NCBI GenBank assembly: GCA_000002445.1
Contig: CH464491.1
Span: 4,640,001-4,704,000, forward strand
Length of the DNA stretch: 64,000 bases
From: Trypanosoma brucei
Taxonomy: Eukaryota
Direction: 5' to 3'
The notes beneath the pieces were generated by a model, which was given only the letters and a program-made list of their open reading frames with translations, ran no database searches and was not told the origin of the DNA. Numbering within the stretch: position 1 is the first letter of the stretch; every line of letters begins with the position of its first letter. Positions 1-11,970 of this stretch are shown here, in pieces. The translations under genes were made by a program, and so were the position numbers.

Positions 1-829
1 TATGTTTTGTTGGAAAGTGGTTTCCCGTTATACCAAACCTATGAGTGTTCTCATGGACTTCTTCCGACCTAAGCACTCGCTTCGCATAAGCAATGATGTC
101 GGGGATCCATGTGACTCGCAACTGTGGTAAATCAGCGGCCTTTTTCGCCATTTCGTCACAAACCTCATTCGGTTTCACGCCACAATGGCCAAACACAAAT
201 TGCAGTCGGATACGTATCTTCCTTCTCTGAACTTGAAGCAGAAGCCTCCATAGTCGTCTCAGAATTGTGTCCGTTACGGCTAGAGAGCCTGTCTGCAGTG
301 CTGTTAACATTGACAGCGAGTCAGAGAAGATGGACAACCTGCTCGGTGTGCTTCTGTATGCCGCAAGCCATTTCAGCAGCCGTTGCAGTCCTATCTCTAA
401 TGCTACGCATTCCGCTCTGTAACTGCATGAGAGTTCCCCTGCTCCGGTTTTGAGTGCACAAATCAGCGTGTTGTTTCTATAGAGCAGGGCAGCTGCCCCG
501 GACTTCTCACCGAGGGACACGGATTCATCAGTCCACAATTCGTAGTGCTCTCGCCGCGGTGACTCCTTTCCCCTCCGTGCAAAATGCCGTGCAATCCACT
601 TCTCAGAAGCCTCCCTTTTGACATCGTCAGGGTCATCAGCGCACACAGGCTTTATCTGCGTGTGAAATTGTGGTCAGCAGCTGTGGCGAAGCGTCGATGT
701 CTCTAGTGGGTGCTCGCGTGGCTCAATGTGGAGGTGGGGATAAGACCGCATGATGCGGGAATGTAAGACTCTGACTGGGTGTTTGCTGTGGTATACTTCT
801 TCAACACTGCGCCGCAAACATCCGCCTCG

Positions 830-2928
830 TCACTCACACATCAGCATGAATTTCATGCTGCGCACAAGAGTGGTCGTCTTGAGTGGCAGGAGGTTTGCTT
901 CCAGCAGAGAGTCCTCTTTGCGCGTCCCATGCGGTATGCCAGCTATGATGCGACTGGCTTTGTGTTGTGCTGATGCAAGGAGGTCGCGATTTCGTTTCGA
1001 AGCGTCCCAGTACCATACCTCAATGCCATACATGGTGTGTGCCTGTACGAGTTCCAGATGAAAAGCTCTCAACACTTGTCGTCTTGGCCCCCATGTAGAA
1101 GCTGAGATGGCTGCTATCTGCAGTAGTCTGAAGTCCATCTTGCGTCTCGTTTCGGCCGCATGTGTTGCCATCCCCTGCAGACACTGGAATGTTACTCCTA
1201 GAAGCTTCGGTGTCCTGTCAGCTCCTATTCTTTCGCCGTCCAGTTGTAATGTAAGGTGATAGCGCTCTGTACACCCGAAGAGTGTGCACTTTGTTTTCGC
1301 TACGTTGACAGATATGAAGTACTCTTTTGACCACTGTAACACCACGTTTAGACCGCATTGTAGTGTGTGGTTGATGACATCCCTCTCTGTGTGCCTCGCA
1401 AGTAGCGTCAGGTCGTCTGCAAAGAATCCGTGCTGCAGCAACGGCACTTCTGCAAGGCGCTGGCTCAACGAGTTCATGACAATAATGAACATGATTGGGC
1501 CAAGGACAGCTCCTTGTGGGACTCCTCGCTCAAATGTTCTGCTGCTGGAAATCTTCTCCTTGAATCTCACTCTGCCAGTTCGGTTACTCAGAAATGATAC
1601 GCACCACTTCACAATGTGGGGTGATACCTTCATTCTGTGCATTTTCCTCGCAATTTTGTCGTGGTCTACTGTATCGAATGCCTTCTCGTAGTCAACGAAT
1701 ACAGCACCCGTACGATATTGGTGCGTGGGACGGCAGAGGGCAGCGCGGATGTGCAGGAGTTGTTCGAGCGTTGAGCATCCGTGGCAAAAGCCTGATTGCT
1801 GCGTCGTCAGCTGGGACTCAACAGTGTCTCTAAGCCTCGCGGCAATTATGCGCTCCATGACTTTGCAGAGACAGCTCGTGGGCGTTACAGGCCTGTAAGA
1901 ATCGAGGTCCTCCGCCTTTTTTCCGGCATTCAGGATGGGGATGATAACACCGATCTTCCATGCAGACGGCACGACTCCCGTTCGTATGTTTTCATAGAAT
2001 AGCTTCAGAACAACATTCAGCGCTGTTCTACCGAGATGTTCAGTGCCTCGTTGTATAAGCAATCAGGTCCGGCTGCGGATCCACTCGGTAGCAGTTTGAT
2101 CGATCTCCGTAGTTCAGCCATCGTGATGAGACTGAACTCACTCGCTATCGTCTTTATTGGTGCCGGTGGGTGTGAGTCGGGGTGCCTTCTTGCGCGGGAC
2201 GAGTACAGTTTAATGAACCTCTCAGCTTGACGGTAGTCCGTGATGGCCGCGTTATCAACAAGTACAGCCGGTGTGGTTAGTGGTCGTGGCGCATATACCT
2301 TCTTGACAATGTGGCAACTGCAGCGGTCTGACACCGCAAGTCTGGAGCATAGCGTGCTCCATCTCTTCTTTGTGGTACGGTCCAGGATCTGCTTACGCGT
2401 GGTTACCAACTTTTCCCTTCGGTGGGAGGGTCCGCATCCAGCGATCTCTTCATCGAGTTTCGCGAGCTCAGGTGTCCAATGTGGTGGCGTTACTCTGCAG
2501 CCACGGGGGACGGAGACCTTCGTTGCAATGCGGATGGCGGAGCTCAATTTCTGTTCCAGGGTGTTGACGTTCTTCTCTCTACCAATTTTCCTGCAGAGCT
2601 CGTCAACCTTGAGACGGAAATTCCTCCAGTTAGCTTTTAGCCATGCGTACATGGGCTTTCGAAGCCGCGGGCAACTCAGTGCATCTGTGTCGTCTACAAC
2701 GATAACGTCGAAAAATATGTGATGGTGATCGCTATCGGGAGAATACAGCGATGTCCACGTGTACACTGTACAATTCCTTGACAGTGTCACATCAGGGGTG
2801 GACTCCCCGTGGTGGCGTGTGTAAATGGCGCACTCACCAGTGTTGCAGACCAGAAACTGGTTGTCAATGCACCACTGTGTGAGGGTTTCACCCTTGGTAT
2901 TTGGTGGGTTCGCGCGATCCCATGCCAA
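830..2928 (-). pseudogene. ingi pol reverse-transcriptase region, split over two frames (ORFs 2017-2928 and 830-2062).
   Basis: Contains the RT motif GFFADDLTLLA and is co-linear with the RT ORFs of the other copies. The frame break shows it is a pseudogene. Confidence 0.85.
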
Positions 2929-3602
2929 CGCGTGTGCGTTAGCGTCTGCACCGATGAGAGCTGGGCACCGTCAGTCGTCAGAAGCGTATCTAGGTCAGTT
3001 GCCGTGAAGGTGTGTTTTGGTGGGATGTATGCCGACGTGACAGTCAGCGCCGTTCCACGTGCAAGGTGAATTGTTGCATGCACTTGTTCAATGCGACCAA
3101 CAACGGCCATACCGGTCTCGACTGGTAGGTCCTCCCTCACTAGTATTGATACACCACCTCCTTTGCAGTTACGAGCTATTTCGTGATGTTGGTAGCCAGC
3201 AACGCTAAAGCAAGCCGCCTCTTCAGGCGTCATCCTTGTCTCGCTCAACAGACAAAAGGCGATCCGCTCATCAACAAGGGTTTTGTGGAGTGCTAATCTC
3301 TTTCCTTGAGATAGCCCGGCACAGTTCCACTGCATCCCGCGCAACGACGGGCCGGGATTCTCTTCCACATCACCGGACAGCAGCATCTTAGTGCGGATGA
3401 TACTGCTGATGGTACGCTGGCACGTGCCCAGGGACAGACAAATGAAAAACGGTGTCCCAGCAAGACGCTGCTGATCCTTGTGCTGTATGATGCTGTAGCC
3501 GGAGCAAAGCAGTGTTTCCCATGAAAGGAACGCTGCTGGCTCTTGGCTTCCCCCGATGATACGGGGTACTGGACCCTGGAACCACGTTGAGGTGGCCGGC
3601 AT
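2787..3602 (-). CDS. ingi pol N-terminal segment: apurinic/apyrimidinic-like endonuclease domain with 2A-like LLSGDVEENPGP motif. The pol frame is disrupted.
   Basis: 271-aa ORF, nearly identical to the APE segments of copies 1, 2 and 5. Confidence 0.85.
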   Translation of the reverse strand: MPATSTWFQGPVPRIIGGSQEPAAFLSWETLLCSGYSIIQHKDQQRLAGTPFFICLSLGTCQRTISSIIRTKMLLSGDVEENPGPSLRGMQWNCAGLSQGKRLALHKTLVDERIAFCLLSETRMTPEEAACFSVAGYQHHEIARNCKGGGVSILVREDLPVETGMAVVGRIEQVHATIHLARGTALTVTSAYIPPKHTFTATDLDTLLTTDGAQLSSVQTLTHTRWHGIARTHQIPRVKPSHSGALTTSFWSATLVSAPFTHATTGSPPLM

Positions 3603-3635
3603 CGCCAGGGAACGAAGCTCAAAGAAAGCGGCGCC

Positions 3636-4834
3636 ATGCAGCTATCCGGTCTAGCAAAAAAAATGGCAGGTGTTGCGGTAAAAGGCATAGCAGCAAAAGC
3701 AGCCAAACTGAAAGACAGTTTTCCGGAGGAAGCTTTGCCAGCAGACGCATCAAAACAAGCGGCAACTGCAGCAGCTAAAAAGCTCCGGGATGCGGCGTTC
3801 GGGGGAGTGGACACAGCACTAAGCACGCTAACTCAGGCAACGACGTTCGGCGGTACACCAGCAAACAACAGGGACGTCGAATGCAAGACACAGGGGCCGG
3901 GCAAAGGCACACATACTGCTCTAGCAGCGCTAGCATGTGTCTGCTGGCAGGGAAACACAAACACGGTGACACACGGTGTATGCAACAAAGCGATGGAAGG
4001 TCAAACAGGTTGGAACGGAAACAGCAACAAACCGGACGCGACGAGCCTTATCAAGCTCGGCAAAAGTTGCGGACCGGCCGGCAAACAAAAGGTAACAGCG
4101 GAGCGAATTCGTGCAGCCGTAAATTCACTGAGGAAGCTTATAACCGGCCACGACTCCGGCAACCTATACCTAGGCACTTTTATCACAACCGATTGCTCAG
4201 GATCAGCAGGAAGCGGTGTCTGCATCGAATTCACAAACTTAGCAGGCGGCACAGAAGACCCGCTGACCAAACTGCCCTGGATCAACAAGGTGGAGGCAGC
4301 GGCAGCCGAACTGGAGAAACTGACGCAGGTTTCGCACAAGGCGCAAGCAATCAACATCAACTAGGAGGAGCAGAAACCGAAGCGAACCAAGCGATCAAAC
4401 AGGCTGTGGCAGAAGCAGAAGAAATAAGTAAAGGTAACAACAACCCGACTGTAGTGGCGCCAGCACTAAGTAAGACAATCTGCGAAGCTCACAACAAGTC
4501 CAAGACGGAATGCCTAGGTGCTCAATGTAAATGGGGTGGCAAAAAGGATGATGACGGCCCATGCATAGTAAATGAAAGCAAAGTTGCAGAACAAACAACC
4601 CAAACAGGGGCAGGAGAAAAGAAAGACGGGGCAGCTTCAAATGGGTGTGCAAAACATGGAACCAATAAGGAGGCTTGTGAAAGTGACAAAACAGGCGACA
4701 AACAAAATTGTGCATGGAGGAAGGGGAAAGATAATGAAGATGACAAAGATACAGAGAAGTGCCGAAATGCTAGTTTTCTAGTAACCAAACAATTAGCCAT
4801 GATGGTTTCTGCATTTATGGCCTTGCTTTTTTAA
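3636..4834 (+). pseudogene. VSG: VSG pseudogene A. It is 5'-truncated exactly at the 5' end of ingi copy L and has an internal frameshift near 4360.
   Basis: ORF 3636-4364 encodes the middle-to-late VSG N-terminal domain (ALACVCWQG, GNLYLGTF, LPWINKVEAAAAELEKL). ORF 3881-4834, in another frame, encodes the cysteine-rich C-terminal domain ending in the GPI signal CRNASFLVTKQLAMMVSAFMALLF. There is no signal peptide, and about 130 N-terminal residues are missing. Confidence 0.9.
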
Positions 4835-4890
4835 AAGAATTTTTTCCCCTCAATTTTTCCTTTGCTAAAATTTTGCTATTTGAAAACTTC

Positions 4891-4906
4891 TGATATATTT
4901 TAACAC
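4891..4906 (+). promoter_or_regulatory. Conserved VSG 3'UTR 16-mer (TGATATATTTTAACAC).
   Basis: Exact match, ~55 nt downstream of the VSG-A stop codon. Confidence 0.85.
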
Positions 4907-5869
4907 CTAAATTCTGCCGAAAAATTAAACTGTTTTTGTAAAGTTTGTGATTCTGTAAATTTTTTGTTTTTCTTGCAACTAAAAGAATTTTTTCTCTTTT
5001 TTTATTCTTTTTTGGAATTTTTTAAGGGTTAGGTTTTTATTTTATGTTTTATGGTTTTTAATATTTTTAATTTTTCATTTTTATTTTATCGATTTTTTCT
5101 TTTTTCATTTTTGTGTTTTTTTAGACGTTCAGGGAAACAAAACCAACTTAAAGCTAAAGAGAAACTAGACAGGGTTAGTGTTATTAATTTTTGTGGGGTT
5201 TTTTCACTTCTTTTCAATTTTTATTCTTCTATAAATCGCTATTTTTTAAATTTTAAGTGATGCAGCGTATCTTTTTTGATGCAACTCTAACCATTATTTA
5301 CCCAGCACACAGCTGCGTCTTCATATTTTTACCTGCACCGTCAACTTGATTTGCTACTTTTTTTGATTTTGTGAATTTCAGCACCTCATTTCGCGTTACA
5401 TGCGGCTTTAAACTTTTTTTATAATGGCTAGCACGTAGAAGTTTCGCTGCTTGAAGCGATTTGCTTTTCAAGAGACGCTAACGAAAAATCTTAATATTTA
5501 GAAGTGGAAGAATATGGAGTTCGGTAGCTAAAGCCAGCTAACATAGCAGCCTGAACCGGTCGTGGCGCGGCACAGCAATTCCAGCCAAAGCAAGCGGATG
5601 CGGCGACCAGTTAACTGCAGCGTCAGCAGGGCAAAGCACGCATAACGCCATGCCACAACAGATCCGGCGGCGGCAGTCGAAGATCTCAGTGCAGGGCCCC
5701 ATAATCACGACAGGCAAAAATCCACCGCAAAAATCAACTAAAAAACACAACAGCTTAGTAATACCCAAGCGAGCACTGCGACTATGATGCCACTAAAAAC
5801 AAATGCAAACCAAACCTGAAACAGTAAAATAAAACACAGCAGCAGGAACAGGAGAGACAAATACCGTGG

Positions 5870-6100
5870 TGACTTGCAGTAAACATCAATCACAGCAAGC
5901 ATGTGAAGCGGAAAACAAGGATTTCAAACCGACTGAGTAAGCAGTATGTGGATGGATAGATTATGTTGACGGCACAGGCAAGCTTCCCAAACCTGAGTGC
6001 CGCTCTTCAAGTTTTTCTTGTCAATGAGAAATCGGCTATGAGTATAGCTGCTGCTTTGACGGGTTTTGCTGCACTCTATAATTATAAAATTATAGTACTT
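5870..6100 (+). pseudogene. VSG: VSG 3' fragment: a frameshifted C-terminal-domain and GPI-signal remnant.
   Basis: Translations across two frames give CSKHQSQQACEAENKDFKPTE ... ECRSSSF / FLVNEKSAMSIAAALTGFAAL. It is followed by an AT-rich 3'UTR-like tail and lies ~300 bp upstream of a 70-bp repeat. Confidence 0.6.
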
Positions 6101-6384
6101 TAAGGATTTTTGTAATTTCATGAATTTTTGTGAAACTCTTCTATGTTGAGAGGATTTGTTAAAATTTTATGAAATTTAATATATTATATTACTTTTTTTA
6201 AATCTTTGCGAAATATGAAAAATAATGAATTGTTTTTTAAAGAATACGTAATTTTTATGCGAAAGTGACCTTCAGAAAAAAGGTGTAACAAAGTAAGGTA
6301 ATGTGGTGTGAAAATGAGTGCTATTCTAATTTGGTTAATTTTTGTTTATTCTTATTCATTTTATAGATGTCAATTGGGACTATA

Positions 6385-6465
6385 AAGATGATAACAATAG
6401 GAGTGTATTGTAAGTGTGTCTTTACTAATATTATAATAAGAGTGGTGGTGGGAGTGACTGAAAAA
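6385..6465 (+). repeat. 70-bp repeat unit, single and degenerate.
   Basis: GATAACAATAGGAGTGTATTGTAAGTGTGTCTTTACTAATATTATAATAAGAGTG, located 1.8 kb upstream of VSG-B. Confidence 0.75.
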
Positions 6466-8292
6466 AAAGGAAACACTTAAACGACGGTATAGTGTAATAA
6501 CATTGAGTTAGTGGAAAGTAATGGGCAGGATTCACCAGGTATATTATTATAAAATAAAGTACTGAGGAACTGACGGGTTATACTCACTATGAAAACAGGA
6601 AATGAACAAAAAATCAACCTAAGAAAGAGCGTACAGGCTGTCTCATAAAGATCTGGAATTTAGTGGGTGCAAGAGACGTAGCTACTACGTTGTACGAACA
6701 AGTATCTACCGGAGGTGCTACTGAAAAAACTAAAAGGAAATATCGTTAACAAAATAAGAATCCGCGGATATAAAAAATGTAGGATCTCTATGAAGTTTGT
6801 AAAATCTATGCTAAAAGTTCCGATTTCCGTGTCTTTATGCTAGTTATATGTTAAGATATTTTAAGTAGTGAGTACCTTTCATGAGAGTGTTGCTTATACA
6901 TGGCTAATGGCGCGTATTAATAAGGAAAAATTTGAGAGGAGGGAACTGTTAGAACTTAAAATGACAAGTCTTAGCGCAAGCAGAATAATCCTAGGACAGA
7001 TAAACTCAAGCATAATCGAATGTTCATCCGTATGTGGAAGGAGCAAAATTGGTAGGTGCCTGTGTTGAAACCATGATATGGAGAAATACAAACAAATATA
7101 AGCAATAAAAAACATTAAATTTGAATTCTTATCTATGGAAATATGTATAGTACTTTCAAGGATGGTTGGACTGGGATTGCCAATGTTAGTTGAAAACAGC
7201 AATAGAAAGAAGGCGATGACATAGAGTTTAAAGTGCAAAAGTGAAAGCTGATGCGCTCGCTTTTTTAAAATTTCAGTAGCGGGATAATATAGAAAATAAA
7301 CAATTGCATTTTTTATTTCCACCTCAAACAAATAGGATTTAAAAGCATTTCACCAGAAAATAGTCTCCAGTTACCAGAAAGCACAAAACCACACAACTTT
7401 TCTCTAATAGAGATACACCGCAATATTATTTTCACACAACTAAAAGAACTCTGGCAACCAAAGCAAAAGCCGGCAAACTAAACTAAGAAATAAAGTCGAT
7501 TGTAAAGCAAGCATAACGACACCCGTCGAGTAGAAAAGCAGCCGCTAATAACCTATAAATCAGAAACAATTGCGCCGCTTCTGTTTGACTGGAAAGAGGT
7601 TTAGGCGGGCAGTGACGGCGGCAGCAGCAAAGCTGCGGGCGTCAAACCATTAGGCAGTGCTCAAGTCCACTAAAAATACTTCCATCAGCAGTTAGCAGAA
7701 ACAACCGCACAAAAACCGACAAGCACTCGGTCAGCTCAAAAACAGTGCACAAAAATGGAGCCAAAGGAAGGAAAGCTCGGTCACCCAACCAAGAAAGATA
7801 CCTTTTATTAGCGATTTCAGGCCATGCCGACAAACTTTTCATAGAAGTATAAGCAAGTTGCTAATTGATACCATACATCTTGGAAGCTCGACGGCGGATA
7901 CGGGGGCAGATGCATCCGACTCTAAGTAAACACAAAATGGAAGCAGATCACGTGATAAAATTTCTCAAAAACAAAAATATGTTTAAGTTGCAACTCCAAG
8001 TTTATGCAGCAACTTACAAAAAATCCGAATAGAAAGATGCTGCTGAAGTTCTGACTGCGTTGGAAAACAAGCCAATCAACAACCCACTAAGTGCTGCAGC
8101 CAACTCTCGTACATCAATTACACTTCCGGTGGTGACACTAGCGACAACGGAGAGCAGTATTCACTAGCCGTGGATGGTACTATCGGCAGACAAAATTAGG
8201 CGCAACTCCAGCCCAAAATCGCGTCAATGCTAAAGAGATTTTACTCGTTGTTTAAACTTTAGAAGGTAGCCCTATCCTTTAAGACACTGCCA

Positions 8293-10012
8293 ATGAAGCA
8301 AGAAAAGTTCATTTATATACTACTATGTTTTTCGGCGTTAGTGACCGTTGCTAACGCAGCAAACAAAAACGAACAAGAATTTGACCAGATGTGCCGGTTG
8401 TACAAGCTTTTAAGCGGCCCCATAACGATACCAGGATTGACTATCAGTCTAAGAAGCGATAGCACAGAGTCAGCCAATCAAATAACGCTCGGCATTTTGG
8501 ACAGAGCCCAAAAGATAAATATGTCAGTGGCAGAGCAACCGATGGTAGAAGTTTTAACGAACGCGGACAAATACAAAAACAAAGCTGCAATCGACGGTGA
8601 CGCCACAAAAAAGGGATATTTCAATCTAAAAGACGATTCCGAACTCGAGAAAATGCGAAACGCCTACAAAGAGGTTCTCGGCGCTCAGGGCGCTGAAAAG
8701 GCGTTTTCCAAAAAGTAAGGCAGAGCGCCAGAAAAAAAAAAGCAAAGGCAGTTACTGCGACCAGCAATGGCAAATCTATACCAAAACTTGGAAAACACCG
8801 CGGTGCTTTGCCAATACATCGAAGAAAAGCTACGGCAAACGATTGCAACGGCCAGGGTGCACATGGGTAAGGCGCTGTACGGCGCCAAGTATGCCGCAAC
8901 ACCAACAGATCTTCTCAGTTCGGCGGCACCACTACCAAAACCGGCTGCAGCAAACTTCCCTTGGCCGACCAGTGCGGACAGAAAAACAGCCTGTGCAAAG
9001 CCAGATGGTGACGACAGCACTAAAGCAGGCAATGCTCTGGCAACAGATGTGGTATGCATATGCATACGCAACCACTCAACCGGCCACGACATATGCGCTG
9101 CAGGGATCAGCCCAGCAGAAGCCAACTTTGCAGCCAGCAGGTCGCCGGCAAATGCGGAGGAAGCCTTCGAAAAAATTGTAGCGAAATGCAAACCAGGATC
9201 CGAGAAAATCACACTGTTAAACATAGCAAGCAAGCTCACAGAGGCTGTCCAAGCGGTGTACACCTGGTTAGGCAAAAATGTATTCACCGCAGCGGTGGCA
9301 AATGGTGAACCAAACGGCGCAGTGAAGCGCTTTAATTTCTATGGCATCACCGCCCTAGGCGGTGCAGCACCGGGTCGCGGGGCGACGGGCGCGACAACGC
9401 ACGCAATAGCAGGGGAAGGGGTGTGCATCGACTATTCTGCCTACCTCAAACCCACTAAAGGAATCCCTTGGATCAACAACATTGAAGCTGTAGCAGCGGA
9501 GCTAAAGAAGGGCAAGGAACTTTTTGCAGAATTGAACAGAGAGCTGGCGAAAGCAGTGGCACAAGAAAGACAAATGGAAACACTGCCGATAGTGTGCACT
9601 TTATTAACCCCAGCAGTAACAACAGCCCCAACAGAAACAAAATACAAGAAACCAACAGTAGAGGAGCAAAATAAATGCAAACTAAAAAACACAATTGCAG
9701 AAGAATGCCCGAGCAAGCACTGCAATTATGATGACACCAAAAAGCAGTGCAAAGCTAAACCAGGAACATAAACCACAGCAGTAGGAACAGGACCAGGAGA
9801 CCAAGCACGAGCACCAACAGGAGCAACTGGATGTGCGACACACAAAGATAAAACCGCTTGTGAAAATGACAAAAAAGATGGTAAGCAAAATTGTGCATGG
9901 ACGAAGGGGAAAGATAATGAAGATGACAAAGATACAGAGAAGTTTCGCTCTTCTAGTTATTTAAAAAAAATTGTACTTATCGTTTCTGGTCTTGCAAGTT
10001 TAGTGAAATTTT
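8293..10012 (+). pseudogene. VSG: VSG pseudogene B, with an in-frame stop at 8716 and frame changes before the C-terminal domain.
   Basis: Signal peptide MKQEKFIYILLCFSALVTVANA. N-domain ORFs 8293-8718 and 8767-9771. C-terminal domain in a third frame (DKTACENDKKDGKQNCAWTKGKDNEDDKDTEK...IVLIVSGLASLVKF). Confidence 0.9.
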
Positions 10013-10204
10013 GAGGATTCATAAAATTTAAGGATTTTTGCTCAATTTTATGAACTTTACTGAAATTTAATATATATAAACACCTTTTGATGCAAGTGCA
10101 CAGCTTTTTAAAATGCATATAATTTTGTATAATTGTGGCCTGTAGGTGTAAAGTAGTAGGGTAATAGCACATGAAGAATGAGTGCTACTCACATTTGGTT
10201 AATT

Positions 10205-10325
10205 TTATTTACATTGTTTATTTTGCGTGCAATAGTTGGGGTAATAATAATTATTATTATTATTATGATATAAGAGTGTTGTGAGTATATAAATACTAAT
10301 ATTACTATAAAAAGAGTTGTGAATG
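10205..10325 (+). repeat. 70-bp repeat: a (TAA)-like run plus the GAGTGTTGTGAGTATATAAATAC core.
   Basis: ATAATAATTATTATTATTATTATGATATAAGAGTGTTGTGAGTATATAAATACTAATATTACTATAAAAAG. It lies ~200 bp downstream of VSG-B and 1.65 kb upstream of VSG-C. Confidence 0.85.
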
Positions 10326-11970
10326 CTAAACAAAAAACTAAAACAGAAGCAGTTAAAACAATGGCAAGGGTGAAATAGGAGTGAGCGAGTGAATGGAGGA
10401 GAGAAGGTACGAGGAATATAATTAAAGAAAGCACAAAAATATAGAGAGTGTATGTAGTGGAGATGGAATGTTTGCAGTTTGAAGCACAAATATAACGATA
10501 CATATCATCATGCACGAGGAAATTATTCCCTGTATTTACTTGAAATGGATAGGTATTATAGCGCTGAAATGGTCGAGCTTAGTTTCAATCTGGTGGCGAC
10601 TCCTAATTTCTATTTGTGAATAATTAAAAGAAAAAGGACGTAACAGAAAGAAAAAACTGGATACGTTTGATGTAACGCAAGAGAATTCTTATCATATATT
10701 GTAATATGCATTAAATTGTGTGTAATATAATATTATCGATAGGAGAACTTTAAAACTTGGACTGTTAGTGGATTACCGTGGCCAGAAAAGAAGATTTAGT
10801 ACATGATGCCGCTCAAAATAGTCCATGCATCAAGTTACAGGGAAATTTATGAAGTAGAGGGAATTAAAGGAAATACACAACAAATTCAGTATTGATATAC
10901 TGGACAGACACTAAGAGCTTTGAAGGATGTGTTTCAGACCCATAACTAACAGTACGTACTAACAAAAGAAAAGCGACAAAAAGCACTTTAATTTTTTTTA
11001 ATTACAGATTCTTATCCAGCTGTTAAACAAATCACAACATATGATCACAAAAAGAAACTTGAGATCAATCGCATCTAGGAGAAACAGCAATGTTACATGG
11101 TTATTTCGAGTCAAAGTGGAATATACGAATCATGATAGGGCAAAATGACTTGCAACACTTAGATGCTAGATGCTTTGTATGTAAAATTTTTTTATAATTG
11201 TTTGTAGAAATGGAGGTGGGAATTGCTGCAAAAAATTAGGTATTTTATAGATTGACAGGGGGCATGTATTGGCTTTTTTAAGGTAGTTATTGTTGAGTGT
11301 GCGAAGTCTAAGCAGAATCTACCACCGAAACTAGTCAAAGTAGAAGTAAAAGGAACAAATCATTCAAACGGACATGATGGCAAAACAGAAAACTCAAAAA
11401 CAAAACAACTGAAACAATGTGACTAACTGCAGCTATAAAAAGATATTTGGCTAAATAATGAACATTCCGATACGACACAGAAAGCAAATGCTACGTATTT
11501 ACAACAAAATGGTTAAAAGTAGCTGAACAAATTGAAAAGAAACTTGTATTAATTCAGAAACAAAAAGAAGCTGTAGAAATCGACTATAACTTTAAAGAAG
11601 AGAAACGATGGAAACGTGTCAAGGACAAGGAAACCAGTCCACAGAGTAAAGAGGGTAACGAGAAAACCAAAAAAAAGCAGAAAGGTCACAACTGAACGCC
11701 AGGAACGTAAATTAACAACGTCTCTGCTAAATACCAAAAGAATTTTATATCAAACAATAAGGTGATTGTTTTTCGATCGAAAATTGGCATCGACAGTGCC
11801 AAAGCGGCTCAGGGGAAAAGAAACTTACATTTTAAATTAAAAAGAGCAGTTAGAAGCGATCATAGAACGATAACGCGAGCGACTGAGAAGCCGTTACACT
11901 GGAGTGGGAGAAACCACCACTTCTGTACCCCACCAGTGACTTTGTTACAGACAAAAGTTTAAGCAAGAGA

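Larger units (their letters stand above)
1..3610 (-). mobile_element. ingi non-LTR retrotransposon, copy L. This is the 5' ~3.6 kb of the element; the remaining ~1.6 kb 3' part lies before the window start.
   Basis: The reverse complement of 3551-3610 is the canonical ingi/RIME 5' terminus. Minus-strand ORFs 2787-3602 (APE endonuclease, MPATSTWFQGPVPRIIGG), 2017-2928 and 830-2062 (reverse transcriptase, FADD) are co-linear with the other copies. Bases 1-100 match 52370-52460 of copy 4, which is ~1.6 kb from that copy's poly(A). Confidence 0.95.

Noticed and set aside
124-453. Recurrent antisense ORFs inside every ingi copy (e.g. MVNQRPFSPFRHKPHSVS…, MMAALSTSTAGVVSGRG…, MHFVFATLTDMKYSF…, MLDGRGTIATTGGGSGG…), found at 124-453, 2240-2722, 1284-1691, 20007-20477 and others.
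   Set aside because: They lie opposite the recognisable pol reading frame. They recur only because the ingi copies are near-identical, not because of independent conservation. They have no start context or motifs, so I treat them as chance open frames in a GC-balanced repeat.
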